DNA from: Candidatus Iainarchaeum sp.
GTDB lineage: Archaea > Iainarchaeota > Iainarchaeia > Iainarchaeales > GCA-2688035
Assembly: GCA_017610175.1 (NCBI GenBank)
Contig: JAFCCO010000017.1
Span: forward strand, 1-25,678
DNA length: 25,678 bases
Direction of reading: 5' to 3'
The notes under the pieces are model-generated. The model was not told the DNA's origin, searched no databases, and saw only the letters and a program-made list of their open reading frames with translations. Of this stretch, positions 16,658 to 24,836 are shown piece by piece. The translations under genes were made by a program, and so were the position numbers. Position 1 is the first letter of the stretch, and each line of letters starts with the position of its first letter.

Positions 16658-17851
16658 ATGGAAGTGTATCGCTTTGTTTCGCAGGAGAATGTTGCCGGCA
16701 AAACTGTTGTAATGCGTGCCGGGATAGATACCAATGTGGTTTCCGGCAAAATCGTTCCGGGAGCAAGGCTTTGCGAGCAGGCAAAAAGCATCAAGCTGCT
16801 TGCGGAAAAAAAGGCAAAGATTGTTGTAATCGCCCACCAGGGGCGAGAGGGCAAGGTTGACTTTATTTCCCTTGAGCAGCACCGCGATTTTTTGGAGAAG
16901 GAAACAGGCCTGAAAATAGGCTTTGCAAAGTGGAGCGAGAATTACTCTGAAAAAATAGCCGCACTGCGTGAGGGGGAAGTTCTCCTCATGGAGAATGTGC
17001 GCTTCAACAAGGACGAAACAGAGGAAAAGTCCGCGGTAGAGCACTCGCAAAGCGCCTGGGTTAAGGCAATTGCATTGGGGGCGGATTTATTTGTCCAAAA
17101 CGCTTTCAGCGTTTGCCACAGAAGCCATGCAAGTGTTGTCGGATTCACTCCGCTTCTTTCAAGCTTTGTGGGTCCGCTGCTTGAAAAGGAACTCAGCGCG
17201 CTTGACAAAATCGGTGGCTTTGAAAAAAACCGGCTTCTTGTTTTGGGCGGGGCAAAACCAAAGGACAGTTTGAAAATGCTTTCCGCAATGCTTGAAAATG
17301 GAAAAATGGATTCGGCAATTGTAGGGGGCTTGTTTGGGAACATTTTAACCGAGGCCTCAGGAAAGAGGCTTGGAAAGAGCACCGAGTTCTTGAAACAAAA
17401 GCGATTTTATGAATTGGTTGAGCCTGCAAAGAAAATTCTCTCCGATTTTGAGGGGAAGATTCTTCTCCCTGTAGACTTTGCGGCAGATGACAACGGAAAC
17501 AGGAAAAACGTTTCAATTGAAGAGCTCCCTTCAGAACTTGAAATTTTTGATATAGGTGACAGGACAATTGGGCTCTTCAAGGAAAAGATTGCAAAGGCCG
17601 AACTGATTGTGTTCAACGGCCCGATGGGGGTTTATGAAAAGGAAGCATTTCAGAACGGAACCCGCGAAGTGCTTGGTGCGATTGCAGAAAGCGATGCATT
17701 CAGTTTGCTTGGGGGTGGAGACACTGAAACAGCGCTTGGGATAACCGGGATTGACAAAGAGAAATTTTCGCACATTTCCCTTGCCGGAAAGGCGCTTCTC
17801 TACAAGTTTTTGGGAAAAGAGCTTCCAGGGCTAATTGGTGTTGAGGAATGA
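16658..17851 (+). CDS. pgk: Phosphoglycerate kinase (archaeal-like)
   Basis: HQGR, LMENVRF, AFSVCHRSHAS, LGGAK, DIG, NGPMGVYE, GGGDT. Confidence 0.95.
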   Translation: MEVYRFVSQENVAGKTVVMRAGIDTNVVSGKIVPGARLCEQAKSIKLLAEKKAKIVVIAHQGREGKVDFISLEQHRDFLEKETGLKIGFAKWSENYSEKIAALREGEVLLMENVRFNKDETEEKSAVEHSQSAWVKAIALGADLFVQNAFSVCHRSHASVVGFTPLLSSFVGPLLEKELSALDKIGGFEKNRLLVLGGAKPKDSLKMLSAMLENGKMDSAIVGGLFGNILTEASGKRLGKSTEFLKQKRFYELVEPAKKILSDFEGKILLPVDFAADDNGNRKNVSIEELPSELEIFDIGDRTIGLFKEKIAKAELIVFNGPMGVYEKEAFQNGTREVLGAIAESDAFSLLGGGDTETALGITGIDKEKFSHISLAGKALLYKFLGKELPGLIGVEE

Positions 17852-18855
17852 TACAGGAAAAATTCGTGCTGAAAAAGGAAAACCTGCATGCTTTTCTTGA
17901 AGCATTAAGCAAGGATATGGAGGTTTTCGTCCCCTGCCACAATGAGAACGGGGCTACAACCTTTTTGCCGTACAACGGGCAGGAAATTTACACTGCCGCC
18001 CAGACCTTTTATTCGCCCAAACAGGCCCTAAATAAGCCATCGGAAAAAGAGTTTTTCTTTGGGAAAAAAAGTTCTTCCGTTGAGGTTGAGAGGGTTAAGC
18101 AAAATGGCGGGAAAATGATTTTCGGGATACGCCCATGCGACACGCACGCGGTAAAGGCCTTTGACAAGCTCTATCTTGAATATGGAGAAGTTGATCCGTT
18201 CTACCGGGAAAAAAGGGACAGCACACTGCTTGCAGCCCTTGTCTGCACAGAACCCTGCTCAAACGGATTCTGCCACAGCATGGGGACACAGGAACCAACC
18301 GGGCACGACCTGTTAATGGTTGAAAAGGCGGACTCGTTCTACATCGAGGCCGCAAGCTCGAAGGGGGAAGAGCTCATCAAAAAACACCGCGGCCTCCTCA
18401 ACATCACAAAATTCCAAAAGCCGGAGCTGAACTTTGAATGCAAGAAAAAGCTTGACACAAGAAATCTCAAGGAAATTCTTGACAAAGGCTTTTTCAGCAA
18501 AGTTTGGGAAGAGGAGGGGAAAAGGGACTTGAACTGCACATCCTGCACGCAGGTCTGCCCGTCATGCTACTGCTTCCTAACACTTGACAAATTCATCCTC
18601 AACACGGAAAATTCAGAGAGATTCAGGGAGTGGGACTCCTGCCACCTGCAGAGATTCACAAAGGTTGCCGGAAACCACATTTTCAGAAAAAGCCGCGAGT
18701 CAAGGCTGAGGCAGTTTGTAATGCACAAGCTCTCATATTTCCAGAAAAACAACGACATGATGCTCTGCATTGGGTGCGGGCGATGCATAAGCGTTTGCCC
18801 TGTTGGAATCGACTTAACGGAAATTGCGGCAAAAATCAGGAGCGAATTCGAATGA
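17848..18855 (+). CDS. hydB: Group 3b [NiFe] hydrogenase (sulfhydrogenase) beta subunit, 4Fe-4S dicluster
   Basis: FGIRPCD, C..PC...FC, CTSCTQVCPSCYCF, WDSC, CIGCGRCISVCP; operon context. Confidence 0.9.
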   Translation: MIQEKFVLKKENLHAFLEALSKDMEVFVPCHNENGATTFLPYNGQEIYTAAQTFYSPKQALNKPSEKEFFFGKKSSSVEVERVKQNGGKMIFGIRPCDTHAVKAFDKLYLEYGEVDPFYREKRDSTLLAALVCTEPCSNGFCHSMGTQEPTGHDLLMVEKADSFYIEAASSKGEELIKKHRGLLNITKFQKPELNFECKKKLDTRNLKEILDKGFFSKVWEEEGKRDLNCTSCTQVCPSCYCFLTLDKFILNTENSERFREWDSCHLQRFTKVAGNHIFRKSRESRLRQFVMHKLSYFQKNNDMMLCIGCGRCISVCPVGIDLTEIAAKIRSEFE

Positions 18856-19688
18856 GCGAAAAAATGCTAACAGAGCCGTGCCAGGCAAAAATCGTAAAAA
18901 TAAAGGACGAAGCCCCTGAAACAAAAACATTCACAATAAAGTACGTTGACGAAGCACTCCAGAAAGCACTGCACTTTACCCCCGGAAAGTTCTTCATGCT
19001 AAGCATTTTTGGTTACGGGGAAATTCCGATAAGCATCTCCTCATCACCGCTTAAAACAGATTCCGTTGAACTAACAATTGTTGATGTGGGGAACGCAACA
19101 CATGCACTGCACCCAATGAAGGAAGGAGACATTGTCGGGCTGCGCGGCCCGTTTGGGAACGGCTTCCCAATCCAGAAATTCAGAAACAAGGACATAGTGT
19201 TTGTTTCAGGCGGGTGTGGAATGGCCCCGCTAAGGCCTGCGGTAAAGGCAATTGTTGGAAAGCGCTCCGAATACAAAAAGTTAACACTTTTCTATGGATG
19301 CAAGCGCTCTGACCAAATGCTTTTTAAAGAGGATTTGAAAGAATGGAGCGGGGTTGAAAACTTCAACACCCTTTTCACAGTTGATGAGGGAACCCCTGAC
19401 TGGAAGGGGGAGGTAGGGGTTGTAACAAAGCTTTTTGGGAAAGCAGACCTAAAGCCTGAGAACAGTATTGCAATGATTGTCGGGCCCCCTGTAATGATTC
19501 ACTTTGCAATAATCGAACTGAAAAAAATTGGGTTCAAGGAAGGGCAAATTTATGCATCCCTTGAAAGGCTGATGCACTGCGGGATGGGAAAGTGTGCGCA
19601 CTGCAATGTGGCCGGAACATATGTCTGCACAGATGGCCCGGTTTTTTCCGGAGCAGAACTTGCAAAACTGCCTTTGGAGGAGAAATGA
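18852..19688 (+). CDS. hydG: Group 3b hydrogenase gamma subunit (FAD/NAD(P)-binding, 2Fe-2S)
   Basis: GEIPISISS, LRGPFGNGF, GGCGMAP, ERLMHCGMGKCAHC...CTDGPVF; ATG 18852 in ATGA overlap. Confidence 0.92.
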   Translation: MSEKMLTEPCQAKIVKIKDEAPETKTFTIKYVDEALQKALHFTPGKFFMLSIFGYGEIPISISSSPLKTDSVELTIVDVGNATHALHPMKEGDIVGLRGPFGNGFPIQKFRNKDIVFVSGGCGMAPLRPAVKAIVGKRSEYKKLTLFYGCKRSDQMLFKEDLKEWSGVENFNTLFTVDEGTPDWKGEVGVVTKLFGKADLKPENSIAMIVGPPVMIHFAIIELKKIGFKEGQIYASLERLMHCGMGKCAHCNVAGTYVCTDGPVFSGAELAKLPLEEK

Positions 19689-19689
19689 A

Positions 19690-20436
19690 ATGGCAAAGAA
19701 AATGCGGGCAGGATTTTACTCGCTTTCATGCTGTGAGGGCTGCGAGCTCGTTGTCTTTGACTTGGAGGAAAAGCTCCTCAAAGCGCTTGAATTTGTTGAA
19801 ATAGTTGACGCAAGGCTTTTTGATGGAAATCACCCAAATGAAAAACTTGACATTGCAATAGTTGAGGGAGGGGTCCAAAGCGAACTCGACAAAAAGCACC
19901 TTGAGGAAATCCGCGAAAGAAGCACATACCTTGTAGCGTTTGGGGCGTGCGCAACAATTGCGGGAATTCCCGGAATAAGGAATTCACTCCCAAAAGAAAT
20001 GCAGGCAAAGCTAAACAGCAAGGCAATAATTCCGGTCAAGGAAAAGGTTTTTCCCGTGCCGGCGGTTGTAAAAACAGACTTTGTTCTGCAGGGATGCCCT
20101 GCATTCACGCACGAGCTCCTTGACCTGCTTGTAGCATTATACCACGGGAAAAAGCCGGTTCTTGAAAACATCCCGGTCTGCAAAGAGTGCAAGGAGCGGG
20201 AAAACCCCTGCCTGCTGTTTGAGGGAATCCCCTGCCTTGGGCCGGTTACCTATGCCGGGTGCAAGGCACTTTGCCCGACCGAAAGAGCGCAATGCATTGG
20301 CTGCCGCGGTTTTACAGAGGACGCGAATTTTGAGGCACTGAGGAAACGCTTCAGGAAAATGGATGTGGACGAGCGCATAATCCACAATCTCTTCACATAC
20401 TTTAACCAGAACCCGTTCAAGAAGGAGGGGGAGTAA
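19690..20436 (+). CDS. hydD: Group 3b hydrogenase delta (small) subunit
   Basis: SCCEGC, VEG, GACA, GCP, VCKEC...CL....CLGPVT.AGC.A.CP.....CIGCRG; start ATG 19690. Confidence 0.92.
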   Translation: MAKKMRAGFYSLSCCEGCELVVFDLEEKLLKALEFVEIVDARLFDGNHPNEKLDIAIVEGGVQSELDKKHLEEIRERSTYLVAFGACATIAGIPGIRNSLPKEMQAKLNSKAIIPVKEKVFPVPAVVKTDFVLQGCPAFTHELLDLLVALYHGKKPVLENIPVCKECKERENPCLLFEGIPCLGPVTYAGCKALCPTERAQCIGCRGFTEDANFEALRKRFRKMDVDERIIHNLFTYFNQNPFKKEGE

Positions 20437-21723
20437 ATGCACAAGAACGAGGATTTTTGCATCAAAAACATTACAAAAATTGAGGGCCACGCAAACCTTG
20501 ACCTCAAGGTAAGGGGTGGAAAGGTTGACTCATGCGAGTTTCGCGTAACAGAATCACACAGGTTCTTTGAGGACATGGTTAAGGGCAGGCACTTCTCCCA
20601 AGTTCCGCTCATAGTTTCAAGAATCTGCGGTCTGTGCTCAAGTTCCCACCTTACAACGGCAACAGAGGCGATTGAGGACGCTTTGCAGATTCAGCCAACT
20701 GAACAGGCAATGTTTTTGAGGGAGGCAAGCCTTTTTGGGGAGTTTATCAAAAGCCATGCACTGCACCTTTACATGCTTGTTCTTCCCGATTACTTGGGAA
20801 AGGAATCTGTTCTCCAGTTTGAGGGAAACCAGCTTGAGCTTGTAAAGGATGCGCTTGCAATCAAAAAAGCAGGAACCGACATTCTCACTGCTTTGGGAGG
20901 CAGGCCACATCACACCGTAAACCACAGGCCAGGGTATGTAACAAGGGCCCCAAACAGGGAAAAGGTCGAAAATGTCCTAAACGGCCTCAGATCAGTTAGG
21001 GATCTTGCAGCCCAAACAGTGCTAATTTTTGACAAATACTCAAAGAAGCAAACCTTTGAGAGAAAAACAAACTTTGTTGCGCTCAAGGGGGATGATTATC
21101 CCTTAATGAACGGGCGTTCAATCCACTGCTCGGACGGAACCGTTCTTGGGAAAAACGAGTTAAGCAAACATATAAAGGAGTTTGTGGTTCCATACAGCAC
21201 GGCAAAGAACACCGAATTCAACGGGAAAGATTACGTTGTCGGGGCACTTGCAAGAATTGCCCTCAACTCAAAGCAGCTTCATCCAAAGGCAAAAGAGATT
21301 ATGGATTCCTGCGAAACAAAGCTTCCAAACCACTGCCCTTTCTCCACAAACCTTGCGCAGGCAATAGAGCTTGTTCACTGCGTTGAAACCGCAATCGATC
21401 ATTTGGATGGCTATGAACCGCACAAGGCAGAGTGGCCTGACATTCAGGGAAAAGATGGAAATGGAATTGGTGTAACAGAGGCCCCGAGGGGACTTCTTTA
21501 CCACACCTACGACTTGAATGCGGATGGTTTTGTTACCGACAGCAACATGGTTATTCCAACCCAGCAAAACATCCGCAGCATAGAGCTTGACCTAAACGAC
21601 TTGGTTCCAACAATTTTAAGCATGCCAAAGCCAAAGGCAGAGCTTGAAATGGAAAAACTAATCAGAAGCTATGACCCCTGCATCAGCTGCAGTGTGCATT
21701 TCTTAAAAGTGAACTGGCTTTAA
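20437..21723 (+). CDS. hydA: Group 3b [NiFe] hydrogenase alpha (large) subunit
   Basis: KIEGH, RICGLCSSSH (L1), EAPRG, RSYDPCISCSVH (L2) plus a 7-aa C-terminal extension. Confidence 0.95.
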   Translation: MHKNEDFCIKNITKIEGHANLDLKVRGGKVDSCEFRVTESHRFFEDMVKGRHFSQVPLIVSRICGLCSSSHLTTATEAIEDALQIQPTEQAMFLREASLFGEFIKSHALHLYMLVLPDYLGKESVLQFEGNQLELVKDALAIKKAGTDILTALGGRPHHTVNHRPGYVTRAPNREKVENVLNGLRSVRDLAAQTVLIFDKYSKKQTFERKTNFVALKGDDYPLMNGRSIHCSDGTVLGKNELSKHIKEFVVPYSTAKNTEFNGKDYVVGALARIALNSKQLHPKAKEIMDSCETKLPNHCPFSTNLAQAIELVHCVETAIDHLDGYEPHKAEWPDIQGKDGNGIGVTEAPRGLLYHTYDLNADGFVTDSNMVIPTQQNIRSIELDLNDLVPTILSMPKPKAELEMEKLIRSYDPCISCSVHFLKVNWL

Positions 21724-21724
21724 T

Positions 21725-22252
21725 TCAGCCGCCTATTCTTCCAAGAAGAAGCTTGGCTCTGCCTGCAACCGGGCTCATTATGTGCCCCAAAGCATCGTTT
21801 GCCTCGCCGTCCCACTTGGACTGCTTTTCTTTTTTTGAAATCCTTTCGGAGAGTGCGTAAAGCGGGCGCGAGTTTGAATTCACCTTTCTTAACTCCGCAA
21901 TCAATTGGGGCCACGCCTTTTCAAGCGGAATCCTTTTCATCCTTGCAAATGCCTTGGGGGCATTCTCTGTCCTGAATAACTTAAGCAGTGTTTTTGAATT
22001 AAGCGAGGTTCCCCTAAATATTCTTTTTCCAATTTCGGCCTCAATTGCCTTTCTTGTCTTGGGGTGTGTCCAGTCCTTAATTCTCTCCTTTGGGTTAAAG
22101 CCAATTGCCTTGTGCTTCTCCAAAACGGTTTTGATAAAGCTTACAAAGTTCTGCGATCTTGCTTTTGCCTTCGGCCTTGCAACCCTCCTCTTTGCCACCG
22201 GCTTTTTTGCGGTGCGCCTGGTTTTTTTGATTGTTCGTTTTTTTGCAGGCAT
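21725..22252 (-). CDS. Hypothetical basic protein (MPAKKRTIKKTRR...RIGG), 175 aa
   Basis: Fills the space between hydA and the protease-like gene exactly; K/R-rich low-complexity N-terminus. Confidence 0.78.
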   Translation of the reverse strand: MPAKKRTIKKTRRTAKKPVAKRRVARPKAKARSQNFVSFIKTVLEKHKAIGFNPKERIKDWTHPKTRKAIEAEIGKRIFRGTSLNSKTLLKLFRTENAPKAFARMKRIPLEKAWPQLIAELRKVNSNSRPLYALSERISKKEKQSKWDGEANDALGHIMSPVAGRAKLLLGRIGG

Positions 22253-22253
22253 G

Positions 22254-22643
22254 CTAAATACCTTTGAGTTCCTTTCCTAAAATACTTTTGCTTTCCCCAA
22301 CAGCCTTTTCCAATTTGTATCCAAGGGGGATTGCAATTATTGAAACCTTCCCAATTTTTCCGAGTTTTTTGTAAATAAGCAGTTCCATCCCAATATCAAG
22401 GTCGTGGAGGGAAACAAGCTTTGCCTCTCCAAGCTTGCTCAAATCCCTTACAACCTCCACCTTTTGCACGCCCATAGCCACATCAATTATGTACAAGTGC
22501 ATAGGGATGGGCTCTGCTTCACTTAGTGAGGAAATTTCCTGAAACTTAATCTCCCTAAATTCAGGGCCAAGTGCTTCAGCAACCTGCAAAGCAAGCGAAT
22601 CCTCCTCAATTAACGGATTTCCTGCAACAAAAACCTTCATCAT
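22254..22643 (-). CDS. Hydrogenase maturation protease-like protein (HycI/HybD fold, divergent)
   Basis: VFVAGNPLIEEDS, YIIDV and SLHD correspond to the GN.L..DD, IVDA and S.H motifs; adjacent to the hydrogenase operon. Confidence 0.72.
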   Translation of the reverse strand: MMKVFVAGNPLIEEDSLALQVAEALGPEFREIKFQEISSLSEAEPIPMHLYIIDVAMGVQKVEVVRDLSKLGEAKLVSLHDLDIGMELLIYKKLGKIGKVSIIAIPLGYKLEKAVGESKSILGKELKGI

Positions 22644-22717
22644 TTTCCATTCCCACCCATATGTTAGCATTTTAAATTATTCCCCCCTCTATTCTTAAAT
22701 CCTTTTTCGGTGTTTAA

Positions 22718-22894
22718 ATGAGTGCAATAAACAACAATTTAAAGTGCTGCTACTGCGGCGGATGTGTGGGAAGCTGCCCTGTTCAGGCAATTGAGCTCAA
22801 AGAAACCCGCATTGTAATTGACAAGGAAAAATGCATTAATTGCGGAAACTGCGTTAAAATATGCCCTGTTGGGGCAATGTCTCTGGAGAAATGA
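22718..22894 (+). CDS. 2x[4Fe-4S] ferredoxin (58 aa; absent from the ORF track)
   Basis: MSAINNNLKCCYCGGCVGSCPVQAIELKETRIVIDKEKCINCGNCVKICPVGAMSLEK, with two CxxCxxCxxxCP motifs. Confidence 0.93.
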   Translation: MSAINNNLKCCYCGGCVGSCPVQAIELKETRIVIDKEKCINCGNCVKICPVGAMSLEK

Positions 22895-22896
22895 TT

Positions 22897-23112
22897 ATGC
22901 CTGTTGTAAAAATTGATTTGCTTTCGGGAAGAACCCCTGAGCAAAAGGAAAAGCTTGTGAAATCAATTTTCAAAGCATTTGAGGAAAACCAAATCCCAAA
23001 GGAATGGGTTTCAATAATTTTCAACGACAACCCTGTTGAGAACTGGGCTGTAAACGGGGAAATGCTTGCAGAGGTAATACAAAAGTCAGAGCAGGCAAAA
23101 AAAGAGGAATGA
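22897..23112 (+). CDS. 4-oxalocrotonate tautomerase family protein
   Basis: Start ATG 22897 gives catalytic Pro-1: MPVVKIDLLSGRTPEQKEKL...NWAVNG. Confidence 0.88.
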   Translation: MPVVKIDLLSGRTPEQKEKLVKSIFKAFEENQIPKEWVSIIFNDNPVENWAVNGEMLAEVIQKSEQAKKEE

Positions 23113-23118
23113 ATTTTT

Positions 23119-24309
23119 ATGGAAGAATTTGACGTAATCGTAGTTGGAGCAGGCCCGGCGGGACTGAGGGCAAGCGCAAACCTTGCAAAAGCAGGACTGA
23201 AAACCATTTGCTTTGACAAAAATCAGGAAATCGGTATCCCAAAGCGATGCGGCGAGGGTCTTGGAATGGGCTGGTTTGAAAGGCTCGATTTAAAGCCGGA
23301 CCCAAAGTGGGCTGTTCAGGAAATTAGGGGAATTGTGCTTTACGCTCCAAGCGAGAAAAAAATTGACCTCGACTTTAACAAGATAAACGGTTACGTTCTG
23401 GAAAGGCGCGTGTTTGAAAAGGAGCTTGCAAAGGTTGCCTCCAAAAACGGCGCAATAATCAAAACAAAGGCAGATGTGTTCGAGCTGAAGAGAGCTGACG
23501 GAAAAGTTGAGGTAAAGGTAAATGAGGGCGGCGACATTCAGGAGTACTCCTCAAAGCTCATTTTTGCATGCGACGGGGTGGAAACACTTACCGCAAGGCG
23601 CCTTGGGGTCAACACAACAATGAATATGGCGGACTATGATGCCGGCTACCAGTACGAAATGACCGGCATTGACTTTAAGCCAGTCAACATGCTTCACTTC
23701 TTTTTTGGGTCGGACGTTGCTCCACGCGGCTATGTTTGGATTTTTCCAAAGGGGAAGAACCATGCAAATGTTGGCATCGGAATAGCAAGCTTGCAGGAGG
23801 GCAGTGCAAAAGAATACCTTGACAAGTTTATTGCATCACACCCAAACCTTTCAAAGGGAAGCATTATTGAGGTAAACTGCGGATGCATTCCGGTCGGGGG
23901 CTTTTTGGACGAGCTTGCGGCAGACAATTTGCTGATTGCAGGGGACGCAGCACACCAGGTTAATCCGATTCACGGAGGCGGAATTGGAATTGCAATGGAG
24001 GGAGCGGACTTTGCCAGCGAAGTTGCAATTGATTCATTCAAGAAAAATGATTTTTCAGGCAAGTTTTTGAACCAGTACACCAAAAACTGGTACAAGCTGC
24101 GCGGAAACAAGCTTAAGGCAATTCTCACAAAAAGGCACATGTTTGAAAACCTGACTGATTCCGACTTTGAAATTCTTACCGAGGCAGTAACGGGCGAGGA
24201 CGTTTTAACACTTTCACATAGTGACATGATTGGCGCGGCAAAGGTTGTAACCAAAAAGCTTGTAAAGTACCCAAAGCTTGCAAAGCTCATGCTCAAATAC
24301 CTCAAGTAA
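23119..24309 (+). CDS. Geranylgeranyl reductase family (digeranylgeranylglycerophospholipid reductase-like)
   Basis: DVIVVGAGPAG, PKRCGEG, APRGYVWIFPKG, ANVGIG, AGDAAHQVNPIHGGGI. Confidence 0.92.
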   Translation: MEEFDVIVVGAGPAGLRASANLAKAGLKTICFDKNQEIGIPKRCGEGLGMGWFERLDLKPDPKWAVQEIRGIVLYAPSEKKIDLDFNKINGYVLERRVFEKELAKVASKNGAIIKTKADVFELKRADGKVEVKVNEGGDIQEYSSKLIFACDGVETLTARRLGVNTTMNMADYDAGYQYEMTGIDFKPVNMLHFFFGSDVAPRGYVWIFPKGKNHANVGIGIASLQEGSAKEYLDKFIASHPNLSKGSIIEVNCGCIPVGGFLDELAADNLLIAGDAAHQVNPIHGGGIGIAMEGADFASEVAIDSFKKNDFSGKFLNQYTKNWYKLRGNKLKAILTKRHMFENLTDSDFEILTEAVTGEDVLTLSHSDMIGAAKVVTKKLVKYPKLAKLMLKYLK

Positions 24310-24359
24310 CCCAATTTCTGTGCAAACCTTAAAATACCTGTTTGCACAAGTTTAGTGTG

Positions 24360-24836
24360 ATGAAAAAGCTTGTTTTGATACTGCTAGCGGTTTTCGCGCT
24401 CTCAATTTTAAGCGGATGCATCGAACCCGTTGAACCAGAACAACCTGCACAACTCCAACAGGATACTGTTGTTCCCAAAGAGCCGGAATTAACCACGGAC
24501 CAACAGATTATCCAGCAGGCAACAAGCGAATCCAACCCGTCAATGTGCGGGAATGTAATAGATGTTTACTCAAGGGATGTTTGCTTCAAGCTTTTGGCCT
24601 TTGATTCAGGGGACAGCGAATTATGCGGCCAGATAAGTGATGCCCAAACAAAGAAGTTTTGCTATTCGGATATTGCAAAGAACACCGGGGACAGCTCAGT
24701 CTGCGGCCAAATTGCAGATCAAACAGGCAAAGAAAGTTGCTATCTCAGCGTTGCCCGCGAAACAAAGGACACAACAATTTGCAGCGAAATTTTAACTGAG
24801 AGAACAAGGGGCATTTGCGAAAGCACGGCGAATTAA
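24360..24836 (+). CDS. Lipoprotein-like protein with tandem ~25-aa Cys repeats
   Basis: MKKLV...LSGC signal; about four repeats of C..I.D...K..CY..IA....D. Confidence 0.82.
   Translation: MKKLVLILLAVFALSILSGCIEPVEPEQPAQLQQDTVVPKEPELTTDQQIIQQATSESNPSMCGNVIDVYSRDVCFKLLAFDSGDSELCGQISDAQTKKFCYSDIAKNTGDSSVCGQIADQTGKESCYLSVARETKDTTICSEILTERTRGICESTAN

Noticed and set aside
18630-19689. Long N-terminal extensions of the hydG and hydD ORFs
   Set aside because: They overlap the upstream genes. The ATGs at 18852 and 19690 fit homology and operon coupling.
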